DNA from: an uncultured Clostridium sp.
GTDB lineage: Bacteria > Bacillota > Clostridia > TANB77 > CAG-508
Direction of reading: 5' to 3'
Assembly (NCBI GenBank): GCA_946497775.1
Contig: CAMMLS010000002.1
Location: 50,653 to 114,652, forward strand
DNA length: 64,000 bases
The notes under the pieces are model-generated. The model searched no databases and was not told where the DNA came from. It saw only the letters and a list, made by a program, of their open reading frames with translations. Every line of letters starts with the position of its first letter. Within the stretch, counting starts at the first letter, position 1. Both the position numbers and the translations under genes were made by a program. Positions 21,292 through 30,343 of the stretch are shown in pieces.

Positions 21292-21325
21292 AAGTTCTAT
21301 CTATATTTAGATAGAACTTTTTTCT
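21290..21325. terminator. bidirectional rho-independent terminator
   Basis: Stem AGTTCTATCTA/TAGATAGAACT followed by TTTTTT. Confidence 0.55.
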
Positions 21326-21336
21326 TAAATCTAATT

Positions 21337-21831
21337 TTATAAAATATCATCTAATAGCATTTGTGAATCACCTATGTAGAAGTTTCTATTTCCATTTAAA
21401 TTTTTACATTTTATTATTCTAAACGTATCATACTTATATATTAGTGATCCTCCATCTTGATACATATCTTTATAAGCAATTCCATTGCTTACATCTTCTT
21501 CTACCTTTTCTATTATTTTATCAATTGTTATTCTATTACTTCTTAATGCATCCTCAAAAGAATATGTTTCTTCTCCAATAACTATACTTACATCTCCATT
21601 ATATGTATATATATCATAGTCATATTGTTCCATTTCACTTCTATCTATTATTTTATTTAATTGCTTATCTCCTCTTTTAGTAAATTTAATCTCAAAACTT
21701 ATATCTTTACTTGTGTTAACTATATTATTTTTCTCGTTATTTGTTGTATTATTATTTAAATAATACGCAAGACCTACTGTTATTACTAAAACTATACAAA
21801 TAAGTGCTATTATTAAATATTTTTTGTTCAA
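21337..21831 (-). CDS. secreted/membrane-anchored hypothetical protein (probable TTG start)
   Basis: 164 aa with a strong RBS (GGAAGGGGG) and a 0A-box promoter module upstream. Confidence 0.5.
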   Translation of the reverse strand: MNKKYLIIALICIVLVITVGLAYYLNNNTTNNEKNNIVNTSKDISFEIKFTKRGDKQLNKIIDRSEMEQYDYDIYTYNGDVSIVIGEETYSFEDALRSNRITIDKIIEKVEEDVSNGIAYKDMYQDGGSLIYKYDTFRIIKCKNLNGNRNFYIGDSQMLLDDIL

Positions 21832-21859
21832 ATTTTTCCCCCTTCCTTCTTAGTTTTTC

Positions 21860-21960
21860 TTTGACATTCTATTGTTATTTTACTTCATCTAATTATAATA
21901 TTCGACATGTGAAAGTTTTTTCCTTATTTAATTATCACCAAAATATTTCTATTTACTATG
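21860..21960 (-). promoter_or_regulatory. promoter module copy 1 with a perfect Spo0A 0A box (TGTCGAA on the coding strand, 21901-21907) followed by TATAAT/TAAAAT
   Basis: The coding-strand read is ...cacaTGTCGAAtattataattagatgaagtaaaat.... Confidence 0.55.
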
Positions 21961-22060
21961 TTAATACTACGTCGTGAACAAGTTCTAGGATTTTGTTTTT
22001 TATTTCATCAAAACTTAAAACTTTTTGCAATATATTTATATTTATTTTTATGTCAATTTA

Positions 22061-22384
22061 TTAAACAAATGCTGAAATTATATTATTAATTGCAGATACT
22101 ATAAGTATAATATAATCTTTTATTTGTTCTACTATTCCCTTTTCTTCTTTTTCTTTTGGCATTACATATACACTTGCATCTATTCCTTGTGATTCGGTAT
22201 TTTCATTTGAAGTATTTGACTCTCCTGGCTCCCTTATTTCTTCTACTCTTTCTTGGCTAGAAGTTAAGGCAATTTCTCCCCCTGCAAGTTTTTCTTCTCC
22301 TGGTTTGAAAAATACCATTGCCACGAGTACTACAGCTACAATTACTAAAACTACTGCTATCCCTATTAGTACTTTTTTCTTCAT
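22061..22384 (-). CDS. truncated paralog (N-terminal signal anchor only) of the 267/270-aa secreted-protein family
   Basis: MKKKVLIGIAVVLVIVAVVLVAMVFFKPGEEKLAGGEIALTSS closely matches MQKKILVGVVIVAIVVIGLTAMAVLKTGGEEKLVGGATAPVSS of 23680..24483. Confidence 0.5.
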   Translation of the reverse strand: MKKKVLIGIAVVLVIVAVVLVAMVFFKPGEEKLAGGEIALTSSQERVEEIREPGESNTSNENTESQGIDASVYVMPKEKEEKGIVEQIKDYIILIVSAINNIISAFV

Positions 22385-22500
22385 GTATTTTCCCCTCCTT
22401 ATTTTATTCTTCTTACGTCTTTTAACTTCATCTAGTTATATTATTCGACATAGGATAACTTTTCCCTTATTGTTTTAGCAATTTTAATTCTTTATAGCAT
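22385..22500 (-). promoter_or_regulatory. promoter module copy 2 with a 0A box at 22445-22451
   Basis: Coding strand reads TGTCGAAtaatataactagatgaagttaaaaga, nearly identical to copy 3. Confidence 0.55.
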
Positions 22501-22505
22501 GATAG

Positions 22506-23246
22506 TTATATAAATATACTTGTTTCTTCTAATTTATATGATATCATTTGTATAATGTTTTTTATACTTGGCTTTTTTAATTCTTGAAATTTAAAATATC
22601 CTTTTAATCTCTCTGATTCACAATTATAATACATATTTTCTGTTGCCCTTGCAATATTACATTTTACATTATGTACAGTCGTGTTATTAATCAAAGCAAT
22701 ATAGGGGTATATTTCTTCTTTTAAATTATTAATCTGTTCTATTTTATTTTCACTTATATATTTTATTGTTTCTATTAAATATAAAGTTCCTTTGTGTGAA
22801 ATATTATATCCTAAATATAATATTTCTTCTTTAATCTTTCTTTCTAAATTCTCATCTAAGCGAATTTGTTCTTTTTCATGAACTAATTCTAAAATTTTAT
22901 TTGTAATTTCTTCAAAAGTAAGTACTTTCTGTAATACGGCATATATCATTTCATTTTTTCTTAATTTGTTTATATATTCAACTTCTCCACTAATTACTAT
23001 ACAAGATTTTTTATACTTTTCTCTTTTTTCTTCATTAATCATGTCTAATACTTCAATTCCATTATATTTAGGAATTTTTAAATCCAATAAAAATACATCA
23101 ATATCTTCTCTATTATTTAATAGTTCAATGGCTTCTTTCCCATTTATAGTAATATTAGTAACTTTTATTTCATTACCTTTATTAATATAATCCATTAGCT
23201 TTTTAGCATAGAATATATTATCTTCTATAATTAATACATTAATCAT
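22506..23246 (-). CDS. response regulator with a Spo0A-type C-terminal DNA-binding domain (Spo0A paralog; short linker)
   Basis: REC domain (IIEDN...FLLDLKIP). The C-terminal domain aligns along its length to the Spo0A_C domain (HIKGYLYL/SHKGTLYL; LYPDIAKKFNTT/IYPYIALINNTT; KPTNSEFIAMVADKL/KPSIKNIIQMISYKL). Recognition helix is TVHNVKCNIARA versus TASRVERAIRHA. Confidence 0.75.
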   Translation of the reverse strand: MINVLIIEDNIFYAKKLMDYINKGNEIKVTNITINGKEAIELLNNREDIDVFLLDLKIPKYNGIEVLDMINEEKREKYKKSCIVISGEVEYINKLRKNEMIYAVLQKVLTFEEITNKILELVHEKEQIRLDENLERKIKEEILYLGYNISHKGTLYLIETIKYISENKIEQINNLKEEIYPYIALINNTTVHNVKCNIARATENMYYNCESERLKGYFKFQELKKPSIKNIIQMISYKLEETSIFI

Positions 23247-23337
23247 TTCTTCCCCTTCTAGTAAATATTAATATATAACTTCTTTATTTATTATACCATA
23301 TATGGTTTGTTTCTTCAATTATTATCGATTAATAGCA

Positions 23338-23372
23338 AAAAAGACAGCAATTAAAAATGCTGTCTTTTTGCT
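23338..23372. terminator. bidirectional rho-independent terminator
   Basis: AAAAAGACAGCA-loop-TGCTGTCTTTTT. Confidence 0.6.
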
Positions 23373-23462
23373 ATTAATCCATTTTCTAATTATCATTTTT
23401 TATATTCACTTTGCAATATTGAATCTAATGTTTCCAATTCACCATTTTCATTATTTTTCACC

Positions 23463-23693
23463 TTAATTGTATTCATTAGATTGCAATGATTTTGTATTTG
23501 TATTTAGTATAGCTTGATTTGTGTTTTCAATATTTGTTTCAATTTCCCTTAATCCATATTTCAAATAAGCAATTGAGTATACTCCATAATCTTCATTGTA
23601 TTTTAGATACATCAAATATGTTTTTCCATCTTGTATTTCTATATCATCAGACATTGTTTCCTTTATATATATTGTTTTTTTAATTTGAAGCAT
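23463..23693 (-). pseudogene. C-terminal fragment of a secreted-protein family paralog
   Basis: 76 aa ...GKTYLMYLKYNEDYGVYSIAYLKYGLREIETN... is homologous to the C-terminal parts of the 267- and 270-aa paralogs. It overlaps the stop of the upstream gene. Confidence 0.4.
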
Positions 23694-24483
23694 TTGACTC
23701 TTCCTCTGCTACTTTTTTTATTTGTGATAATATTGAGCTAAGTGTTGTAACACTACCAGTTCTATTATCTTTTACTTTTATTTTAGAATTATCTTTTAAA
23801 TTTAGTCCCTTAGATGTATCTATTTCTCTTAGTCCATATTTCATAAACTCTATCTCATATCTTTCAAAATCTGTGTTATATTGTAGTAACATATAATAAG
23901 TTTTTCCTTGTTCTATTAAAATATCATCAATATCAAGTTTTAATATATATTCGTCGTCTTGTGGTATCTCTTTTAAAAATTGAATTTCATTAGAGAATGT
24001 AGATGTCCCTTTTTTATACTCCGAAAAAGGAAGGTATCCTCCTGATTTTATAAATGGTATAGCTTCTTCGTCTATTTCTCCCTTTAATACTTTTTCTACT
24101 TTTATTGTACCCACAGTTTTTACAGATGAATAGTTTCCAGTAGTTGGATTATAATTTGTTCCACCTTCAATATTTTGAACTGTTCCTATAATTATAAAAT
24201 CTGTCGCATTTCCTATTTCACCAGTATCTGCTATGTCAAAAATATAACTTACTTCTATGGGTGCTCGATTTTGTATTTTTTGAATTTCTTCTAGTAATCC
24301 TTCTGGTAATGGGAATATTTTTTCTTGTGACCTTATTTTTGCGATTTGTTCTGGGCTAGAAACTGGTGCAGTTGCTCCTCCCACGAGTTTTTCTTCTCCT
24401 CCTGTTTTTAAAACTGCCATTGCTGTTAGTCCTATAACCACAATCGCTACAATTACTACTCCTACTAGTATTTTTTTCTGCAT
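23680..24483 (-). CDS. secreted/membrane-anchored protein, paralog family member B
   Basis: 267 aa with an N-terminal anchor and conserved IIGTVQNIEGGTNYNPTTGNY...YGLREI. Confidence 0.6.
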   Translation of the reverse strand: MQKKILVGVVIVAIVVIGLTAMAVLKTGGEEKLVGGATAPVSSPEQIAKIRSQEKIFPLPEGLLEEIQKIQNRAPIEVSYIFDIADTGEIGNATDFIIIGTVQNIEGGTNYNPTTGNYSSVKTVGTIKVEKVLKGEIDEEAIPFIKSGGYLPFSEYKKGTSTFSNEIQFLKEIPQDDEYILKLDIDDILIEQGKTYYMLLQYNTDFERYEIEFMKYGLREIDTSKGLNLKDNSKIKVKDNRTGSVTTLSSILSQIKKVAEEESNASN

Positions 24484-24600
24484 ATTTTTCCCTCCTTATT
24501 CTATTTTATGTCTTTTAACTTCATCTATTTATATTATTCGACAAGTAATATTTTTTCCCTTATTTTTAGTTGTTTCAATTCCCCAAAAATATTTCATTTT
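24484..24600 (-). promoter_or_regulatory. promoter module copy 3 with a 0A box at 24537-24543
   Basis: Coding strand reads TGTCGAAtaatataaatagatgaagttaaaaga. Confidence 0.55.
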
Positions 24601-24720
24601 GTCCAATGCCTCACATAATGAAAATGAACCCTCCTTATTAACACTTTTTTGTCTAATAATTTGGGTTCACTTCATAATATATCAGTGCTTTTCAGGATGT
24701 TAATTAATTTTCTTTTAATT

Positions 24721-25533
24721 TTAGTTAGTGTTTTTTATAACAGATTTAGGAATAATTGAATCTAACGTTTCATATTCTCCATTGGTATTGTTTTTTACTC
24801 TAATAGTTGTATATGCCTCATTGTTCAATATTTTTAAGTTTGCATTAAGTAAATTTTGATTTGTACTTGTTAAACTTTCTTCAACTTCTCTTAGCCCATA
24901 CTGTAAATATTCAATTGAATACCTATCATAATAATCCGAATATGCTATATACATTAAATAAGTTTTATTCTCTTCAATTTCAATATCACCAGCCATTGTT
25001 TCTTTTACATATTTATTTTCTTTATCTTCTTGTGATAAATTATTTAGCCCCATTTTTTCTAGATGCGCTTGTGGTTGTGATTTTATATATTCTCCTAATG
25101 GTACTACACCACCTAATCTAATAAATGATATTTTATCTTCATTTAGATTTCCTTTTATTACCTTATTTACTTTTATTGTCCCAACCGTTCTAGCCATTAC
25201 ATAATTTTCTGTTGTAGGATTGTAATTTGTCATTCCTTCAATACTTTCAACAGTCCCAATAATTATCCACTCGGCATCATTTGCGATAGTTGTATTATCT
25301 GACATATCTGTCAAAAAACTTCCACTACTTTCTAAATTCATATAAATCTGTTCTTCATCTAAATTTTCATTTATTGGTATTATTCTCTCCTTTTCACGTA
25401 TATTACTATTTTTAGCAACTTGTGGCTGTTCTGTGTTTTCTTTATTATTGTTAATAAGAATACATGTAATCGTAATCACAAATATTACTACAATAATTGA
25501 AAATATTATTAATAACTTTTTTTTCATAATCAT
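24721..25533 (-). CDS. secreted/membrane-anchored protein, paralog family member A
   Basis: 270 aa, IIIGTVESIEGMTNYNPTTENY...YGLREV. Starts 10 bp after the metalloprotease gene, so probably co-transcribed with it. Confidence 0.6.
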   Translation of the reverse strand: MIMKKKLLIIFSIIVVIFVITITCILINNNKENTEQPQVAKNSNIREKERIIPINENLDEEQIYMNLESSGSFLTDMSDNTTIANDAEWIIIGTVESIEGMTNYNPTTENYVMARTVGTIKVNKVIKGNLNEDKISFIRLGGVVPLGEYIKSQPQAHLEKMGLNNLSQEDKENKYVKETMAGDIEIEENKTYLMYIAYSDYYDRYSIEYLQYGLREVEESLTSTNQNLLNANLKILNNEAYTTIRVKNNTNGEYETLDSIIPKSVIKNTN

Positions 25534-25542
25534 CCACTCCTT

Positions 25543-26658
25543 TTAATATTTATATATTAATGCTTGTCTATCAATTGTTTGTGGAGTAGTAGGTACTCCT
25601 GACCTATTTATAGTTGGATACATAAGGCTACTTTTACTTATATGATGTTGTAAACCGAATGCATGTCCTATTTCATGCGCAATGGTTCCATATCTTTGAT
25701 CCGTATTCACCTGATTAGTAACCAAATATGTATCTCTATTTATAGAAACTTTTGCAAAATTCCAGCCAGTATATTCTGGATAAAGAATATTATCATGACT
25801 TGGTGTATGACATGTGGTTGCTGCTAGCCAATTATTTCCAAGTTCAGTAATGTTATCAAAATAGTCATTACCCACCTCATAAAAATCTACTGCTGTTGAA
25901 GCATTAGTTGAAGCTTGACTTAATATTATTGTTGGATTCCATCTAGATGCTCCAGTAGATATATAGCTAGAATATTGCGAAGCTGTTGAATCTACATAGT
26001 ATGTTTGATATCCGATTCCCTTAGTCATTCTATAAGGATATGCAGGGGTAGAATCTTCCAGTGCTTCAAAACTCCATAATTGATTGGCTGAACCTGTCCA
26101 TGTTGATATAAATACATTTCCATTCGAGGTAGAAGAAGTTCCTGATCCTGAACCATTTCCAGTACCATATACTGTCAGAGCTAAGTTCGGATTAGATTTT
26201 AATCGTATAGCAAATGAATCTCTACTTATTAATTGAATTATAAAGAATTGACAGTCATCATCTCCTGTTCCCCATATATCTACATTATTCCCTGATACTA
26301 TTGAACCGCTAGCACTTCCTCCTGTTCTTAGTACATCTAATACTCTGTTGCCTCCTTTACTACTACACATTGGATAAATTCTATATGCATCTTCATTTCC
26401 AGACCTATTATAATATACTACTCTAAATCTTTGTTCTTGACTTCCATCTTTAGTCCATTGTATAACATTCGTTCCATTTGCATCAGTTCCTAAATTTACA
26501 TTTAGATACTTGCCACTTGCATTGTTTTTTATATTATATATCATCCCATTTGTGATTAGTAATGTTTCAGCTGCAAAAATAGACCTATTGCCTAATAACA
26601 TTAATGTAAATACTAAAAAAGTTAAAATAAATAAAATTTTTGTTGTAATTTTTTTCAT
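25543..26658 (-). CDS. secreted ricin-B-lectin domain plus matrixin-like (metzincin) zinc metalloprotease
   Basis: Signal peptide, N-terminal beta-trefoil-like region (QxW-like repeats), HEIGHAFGLQHH motif and an SLMYP Met-turn. Confidence 0.75.
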   Translation of the reverse strand: MKKITTKILFILTFLVFTLMLLGNRSIFAAETLLITNGMIYNIKNNASGKYLNVNLGTDANGTNVIQWTKDGSQEQRFRVVYYNRSGNEDAYRIYPMCSSKGGNRVLDVLRTGGSASGSIVSGNNVDIWGTGDDDCQFFIIQLISRDSFAIRLKSNPNLALTVYGTGNGSGSGTSSTSNGNVFISTWTGSANQLWSFEALEDSTPAYPYRMTKGIGYQTYYVDSTASQYSSYISTGASRWNPTIILSQASTNASTAVDFYEVGNDYFDNITELGNNWLAATTCHTPSHDNILYPEYTGWNFAKVSINRDTYLVTNQVNTDQRYGTIAHEIGHAFGLQHHISKSSLMYPTINRSGVPTTPQTIDRQALIYKY

Positions 26659-26859
26659 ATTTACCTCCTTTTTACCATACCTTTGATTTCCAATTACATT
26701 GATTGTATGGCTTTAAAAAAATAATGTTTTATAATATAAATATCCTCCTTTCCAATTTATTTTATGTCTCTCCCTATTAATCCTGCATAGATTATATATC
26801 AAAAATACTTTTTTTCTCAAAAAGATACAAAAAGATACTTTTTGTATGATGTATCTATT

Positions 26860-26960
26860 TCTCTTAACCCATATATTTATATTGTTCGACAAAAAATATT
26901 TTTTCCATTATTTTTAATTGTTTCAATTTTGCGGACATATTTCATTTTGATTTGTGTTTG
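26860..26960 (-). promoter_or_regulatory. promoter module copy 4 with a 0A box at 26885-26891 (about 230 bp upstream of the metalloprotease gene)
   Basis: Coding strand reads tTGTCGAAcaatataaatatatggg. The upstream part of the module is conserved with copies 1-3. Confidence 0.45.
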
Positions 26961-27032
26961 AATAATATAATGTATATCTAAGTGTGTTTTGGCAGATAAT
27001 AGTTGTAGATTTTTGGAAGGAGTTTTTAAGCC

Positions 27033-27896
27033 GTGATTAAGTCTTTTTGTATTAAAACAAATAATAAGAATATTTTAAATTATCTTGTAGGCAGTTTTAA
27101 GCGTAACACTCCTAGCAATTTTTATCTGTCTAAGCATAAGTTTAAAATTTATAATAATATTATTATTCATTATACTGGAAATGATGTTACTTTGTTTTAT
27201 AACTATATTTCTAGTCTTATTCAGCATGCTATTTTGAAGTTTTACGAAGATAAAATTTTGTATAATTTTATTAATTATGATTATTTTTATTTTACAGATA
27301 CCGAAAAAGATACAATTTTTGATATTTCAAAGCAATTACTAAAAGAAAATGAATCTATATATAATTCTAGATTAAATATATTGTATCATTTATGCCATGC
27401 TTATATTAAAAGCAATAAAAGCATGATATTAGATGGGTTCGTTAATTTTAGAATTAGGGAATATTCTATTATTTTAAACGAACTTGTTGTAGAGGCAGCT
27501 AGTACTTTTACTATAAAAAAGGAATACGATGAATTTATTGAACTATTAAAATCATATGTGAATACTGCTCCTCCAACAGCTAAAGAGGTACATTTAGTTT
27601 ATTTTAGTGATGATTCTTTATTGTTAGATGAAAATAAAAATATTATTAAAATAGATAGAAATATTTCAAGTGCTAAGTATTTATCCGATATAACTTTTTC
27701 TACTAATGATTATTGCTTAAATACTTTGCTAAATATTATTCCAAAAAGAATTTATATTCATTTATTAAATGATAATAAAAATAATGAATTTTTAGATACT
27801 CTATGTGCTATTTTCGGAAAAAGAATAATCATCTGCCTTGACTGCAATATTTGCAATTTTTACAAGGCAAATGATGTTTTCAAAAAGAATAATTAA
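27033..27896 (+). CDS. hypothetical protein (287 aa; C-terminal CxxC...C cluster)
   Basis: ORF diverging from the metalloprotease operon; no confident family assignment. Confidence 0.45.
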   Translation: MIKSFCIKTNNKNILNYLVGSFKRNTPSNFYLSKHKFKIYNNIIIHYTGNDVTLFYNYISSLIQHAILKFYEDKILYNFINYDYFYFTDTEKDTIFDISKQLLKENESIYNSRLNILYHLCHAYIKSNKSMILDGFVNFRIREYSIILNELVVEAASTFTIKKEYDEFIELLKSYVNTAPPTAKEVHLVYFSDDSLLLDENKNIIKIDRNISSAKYLSDITFSTNDYCLNTLLNIIPKRIYIHLLNDNKNNEFLDTLCAIFGKRIIICLDCNICNFYKANDVFKKNN

Positions 27897-28228
27897 TTAT
27901 TAAGACCATTTTTTATTGTGTATACATTTGTGTAACATAAATCGTCTAAAATTTTAGCTGCTTTTTTGCTTCTAGCTCCTGTTTGGCAATATATAATAAT
28001 AATTTGTTCTCTATCTTTTGCTATTTTTGCTATATTATTAGCCAAATCATATACTGGTATGCAAATTGCTCCTGGTAAATGTCCTTCGTAGAATTCTTGC
28101 ACACTTCGTACATCTAGCAATATTGCATCCGAATGCTTTTTAATTATTTCCATTGCTTCTTTATATTGTATTTCTTTACTAGATGTCCTATAAAAAATTA
28201 TTCTTTTTACTTTATTTATGATATTCAT
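27893..28228 (-). CDS. single-domain rhodanese-like sulfurtransferase
   Basis: Active-site loop IIIYCQTGARSKKAA. Confidence 0.8.
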   Translation of the reverse strand: MNIINKVKRIIFYRTSSKEIQYKEAMEIIKKHSDAILLDVRSVQEFYEGHLPGAICIPVYDLANNIAKIAKDREQIIIIYCQTGARSKKAAKILDDLCYTNVYTIKNGLNN

Positions 28229-28289
28229 TTTTCATCACATCCTAAAAAAAGCACTAATATATTATATTAGTGCTTTTTTAGGATGTTAA

Positions 28290-28937
28290 TTAATTATCTT
28301 CACTTTCTTGTTTTTTTATGTCTAATAAATGATTATTCTTGTTAGCTGTGTATAATACTGCAATTCCAAGTCCAAATAAAACAGCTGGTACTATGCTTAA
28401 ATCTATCGGAAGATTAAATATTAAATATAAACTTACAATTATTGCTTGTATAATTATTATAGAAAGTATAGATTTTCCAATTACTTTTAATACTCCAAGT
28501 GAATAATATCTAATTGCCATATATGCTGTTGCTAGAACTACTGATATTGCAACTGGCCATACATATGGCATAGCAACTTCTAGGAATGTTTGTCCTGGCA
28601 TATTTAATATGTCTAAATCATCTTTTGTATATTCAAGAGAATATTTTTCATTTATTTTTGCTAAGAAACTATCTATTTGTTCATCTGTTACTTGTGGAAG
28701 AGTTATTAAAACCATCTCTCCAAAATATTCTACATCTTGAATTAAAGCTTCTTTGTTTTCAAATGTCTCATTTACTATTTGTGTAACTTCTTCTTTGTTT
28801 ACTCCTGTTTCTATATATAATCCAATTTTAGTATAACTTCCATATACATTTCCTATATTAAAGCCATGTATAAAAAATGTTACAATTCCAGCTATTAATA
28901 TAATTGCTATTATTCCATATAATATTTTATTTTTCAT
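28290..28937 (-). CDS. SecF-like protein-export membrane protein (short)
   Basis: 215 aa with an N-terminal TM, a periplasmic segment and a C-terminal TM bundle. Directly follows the SecD-like gene. Confidence 0.45.
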   Translation of the reverse strand: MKNKILYGIIAIILIAGIVTFFIHGFNIGNVYGSYTKIGLYIETGVNKEEVTQIVNETFENKEALIQDVEYFGEMVLITLPQVTDEQIDSFLAKINEKYSLEYTKDDLDILNMPGQTFLEVAMPYVWPVAISVVLATAYMAIRYYSLGVLKVIGKSILSIIIIQAIIVSLYLIFNLPIDLSIVPAVLFGLGIAVLYTANKNNHLLDIKKQESEDN

Positions 28938-28948
28938 GCTTGTTCCTC

Positions 28949-30319
28949 CTATTTCTTCATATTTGCTTTTTGTATAAACATTAATCTTGTAAATACGAAA
29001 TTATATATTAGAGAAATTATTAATCCCCAGAATAATGCAATTCCAAAGCTCTTTATAGTTTCCCATTCTGCAAATACAAAAACTATTGACATTATATATA
29101 TTGGAATTTGAACTGAAATATTTTTTATTAATTCTTTCTTTATTGCCCCATCTGCATTTGCTACATCTTCTCTTAATCTCTTAGCAATTGCTTGAACAAA
29201 AATAAATTCTAGTATAATTCCAATTCCAATTGCAGCCATAGCTTCAAGAGAAATTATTGTATCTGTAAATCTTACAACTATTAAATAAAGTGCAATATAG
29301 CCAATCATAGATAATGCAGAAATTATACCTAATGTTCTATATCTTATAATTAAATACACTACCATTAATGCCAAAATTATAACAGCTGCTATTATTATTT
29401 TATTTAGTATGTCTTGTGTTATTATAGGAGCTACATATTCGTTTGTTCCAATATCATATATAATTGGATTTATTCCATTATTTAAAACAATGGCAATTTC
29501 ACCAGATTGTACAAAATAATTTTTTAGTGTGTTTGAATCGGTTGTTGTAGTTCCTATTGTTAATGGCAATTCTCCTGTTGACATAGTTTGTCCAAAATAT
29601 GTTGTTGTTATTGTTTCATCATCTAGCTTTATTGTAACTGTTTTTGTAGTTGAATTTCCTTCTTCATCTGTTGTTTCTACATATGTTTTAGATATTTCTT
29701 CTAATTTTTGTTTTCCTTCTTCATTAAAAACAATATTTAAATATACTGTTGTGCCTGTTGTATCTGTGTAATACATTGTTTTTGCTTCTTCTATGTTTGA
29801 GTTATCTAATAAAATTTCCTCTGTATCTGTGTCTATAATTTGAAAATTACCTTGTGATAATAAGTATGCCAATATATCATCTATTCCACTATTTTCAGGT
29901 ACTTCTAGTGCAATTGTTCCTGTTGTTTTGTCTACTCTTAAATCATAGTTTATCATGTTAAATTGGTCTAGTCTTTTTTGCATTATATTTTTTGCAAGTT
30001 CATAATTTTCTTCTGTTAATACGTCTTTACTGTTTACAGGTACTTGCTCTGTATTTTCGTCTGTTGATTCATTGGTTGTTTCATCTGAGCTTCCTTCTGC
30101 TGACTCTTCTGATGTATTAGTTGCTACCTCTTTTGTTGAATCATCTACTACAAATGTAATTAATCTTGTTCCATTTAATTCTTTACTTACTAAATAATCT
30201 GGCATAATATTTTTTATCATACCACCTTGTAATCTATATATACCTATAAAAGATATTAGTGATATTAATATAATGCTTATTATTAGTATTGTCATTTTTA
30301 ATGCACTGTTCTTTTTCAC
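28949..30319 (-). CDS. SecD-like protein-export membrane protein (RND superfamily)
   Basis: N-terminal TM, large extracytoplasmic domain, and a C-terminal 6-TM region matching the SecD pattern (...LGIISALSMIGYIALYLIVVRF...AMAAIGIGIILEFIF...). Confidence 0.55.
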   Translation of the reverse strand: MKKNSALKMTILIISIILISLISFIGIYRLQGGMIKNIMPDYLVSKELNGTRLITFVVDDSTKEVATNTSEESAEGSSDETTNESTDENTEQVPVNSKDVLTEENYELAKNIMQKRLDQFNMINYDLRVDKTTGTIALEVPENSGIDDILAYLLSQGNFQIIDTDTEEILLDNSNIEEAKTMYYTDTTGTTVYLNIVFNEEGKQKLEEISKTYVETTDEEGNSTTKTVTIKLDDETITTTYFGQTMSTGELPLTIGTTTTDSNTLKNYFVQSGEIAIVLNNGINPIIYDIGTNEYVAPIITQDILNKIIIAAVIILALMVVYLIIRYRTLGIISALSMIGYIALYLIVVRFTDTIISLEAMAAIGIGIILEFIFVQAIAKRLREDVANADGAIKKELIKNISVQIPIYIMSIVFVFAEWETIKSFGIALFWGLIISLIYNFVFTRLMFIQKANMKK

Positions 30320-30343
30320 TTTATATTCCTCCTAGTTTTTTAA

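Noticed and set aside
22506-23246. Identifying this as the organism's true spo0A
   Set aside because: It has a short linker and a substituted recognition helix, and it lacks the usual spoIVB/recN neighbourhood; it is treated as a paralog.
21860-26960. Repeated ~100-bp units considered as a possible CRISPR array
   Set aside because: The units are not regularly spaced, they differ substantially from each other, and each sits upstream of a gene. They are duplicated promoters, not direct repeats with spacers.
28290-30319. Confident secDF annotation
   Set aside because: The SecF-like protein is only 215 aa, and the motifs are degenerate; reported at moderate confidence only.
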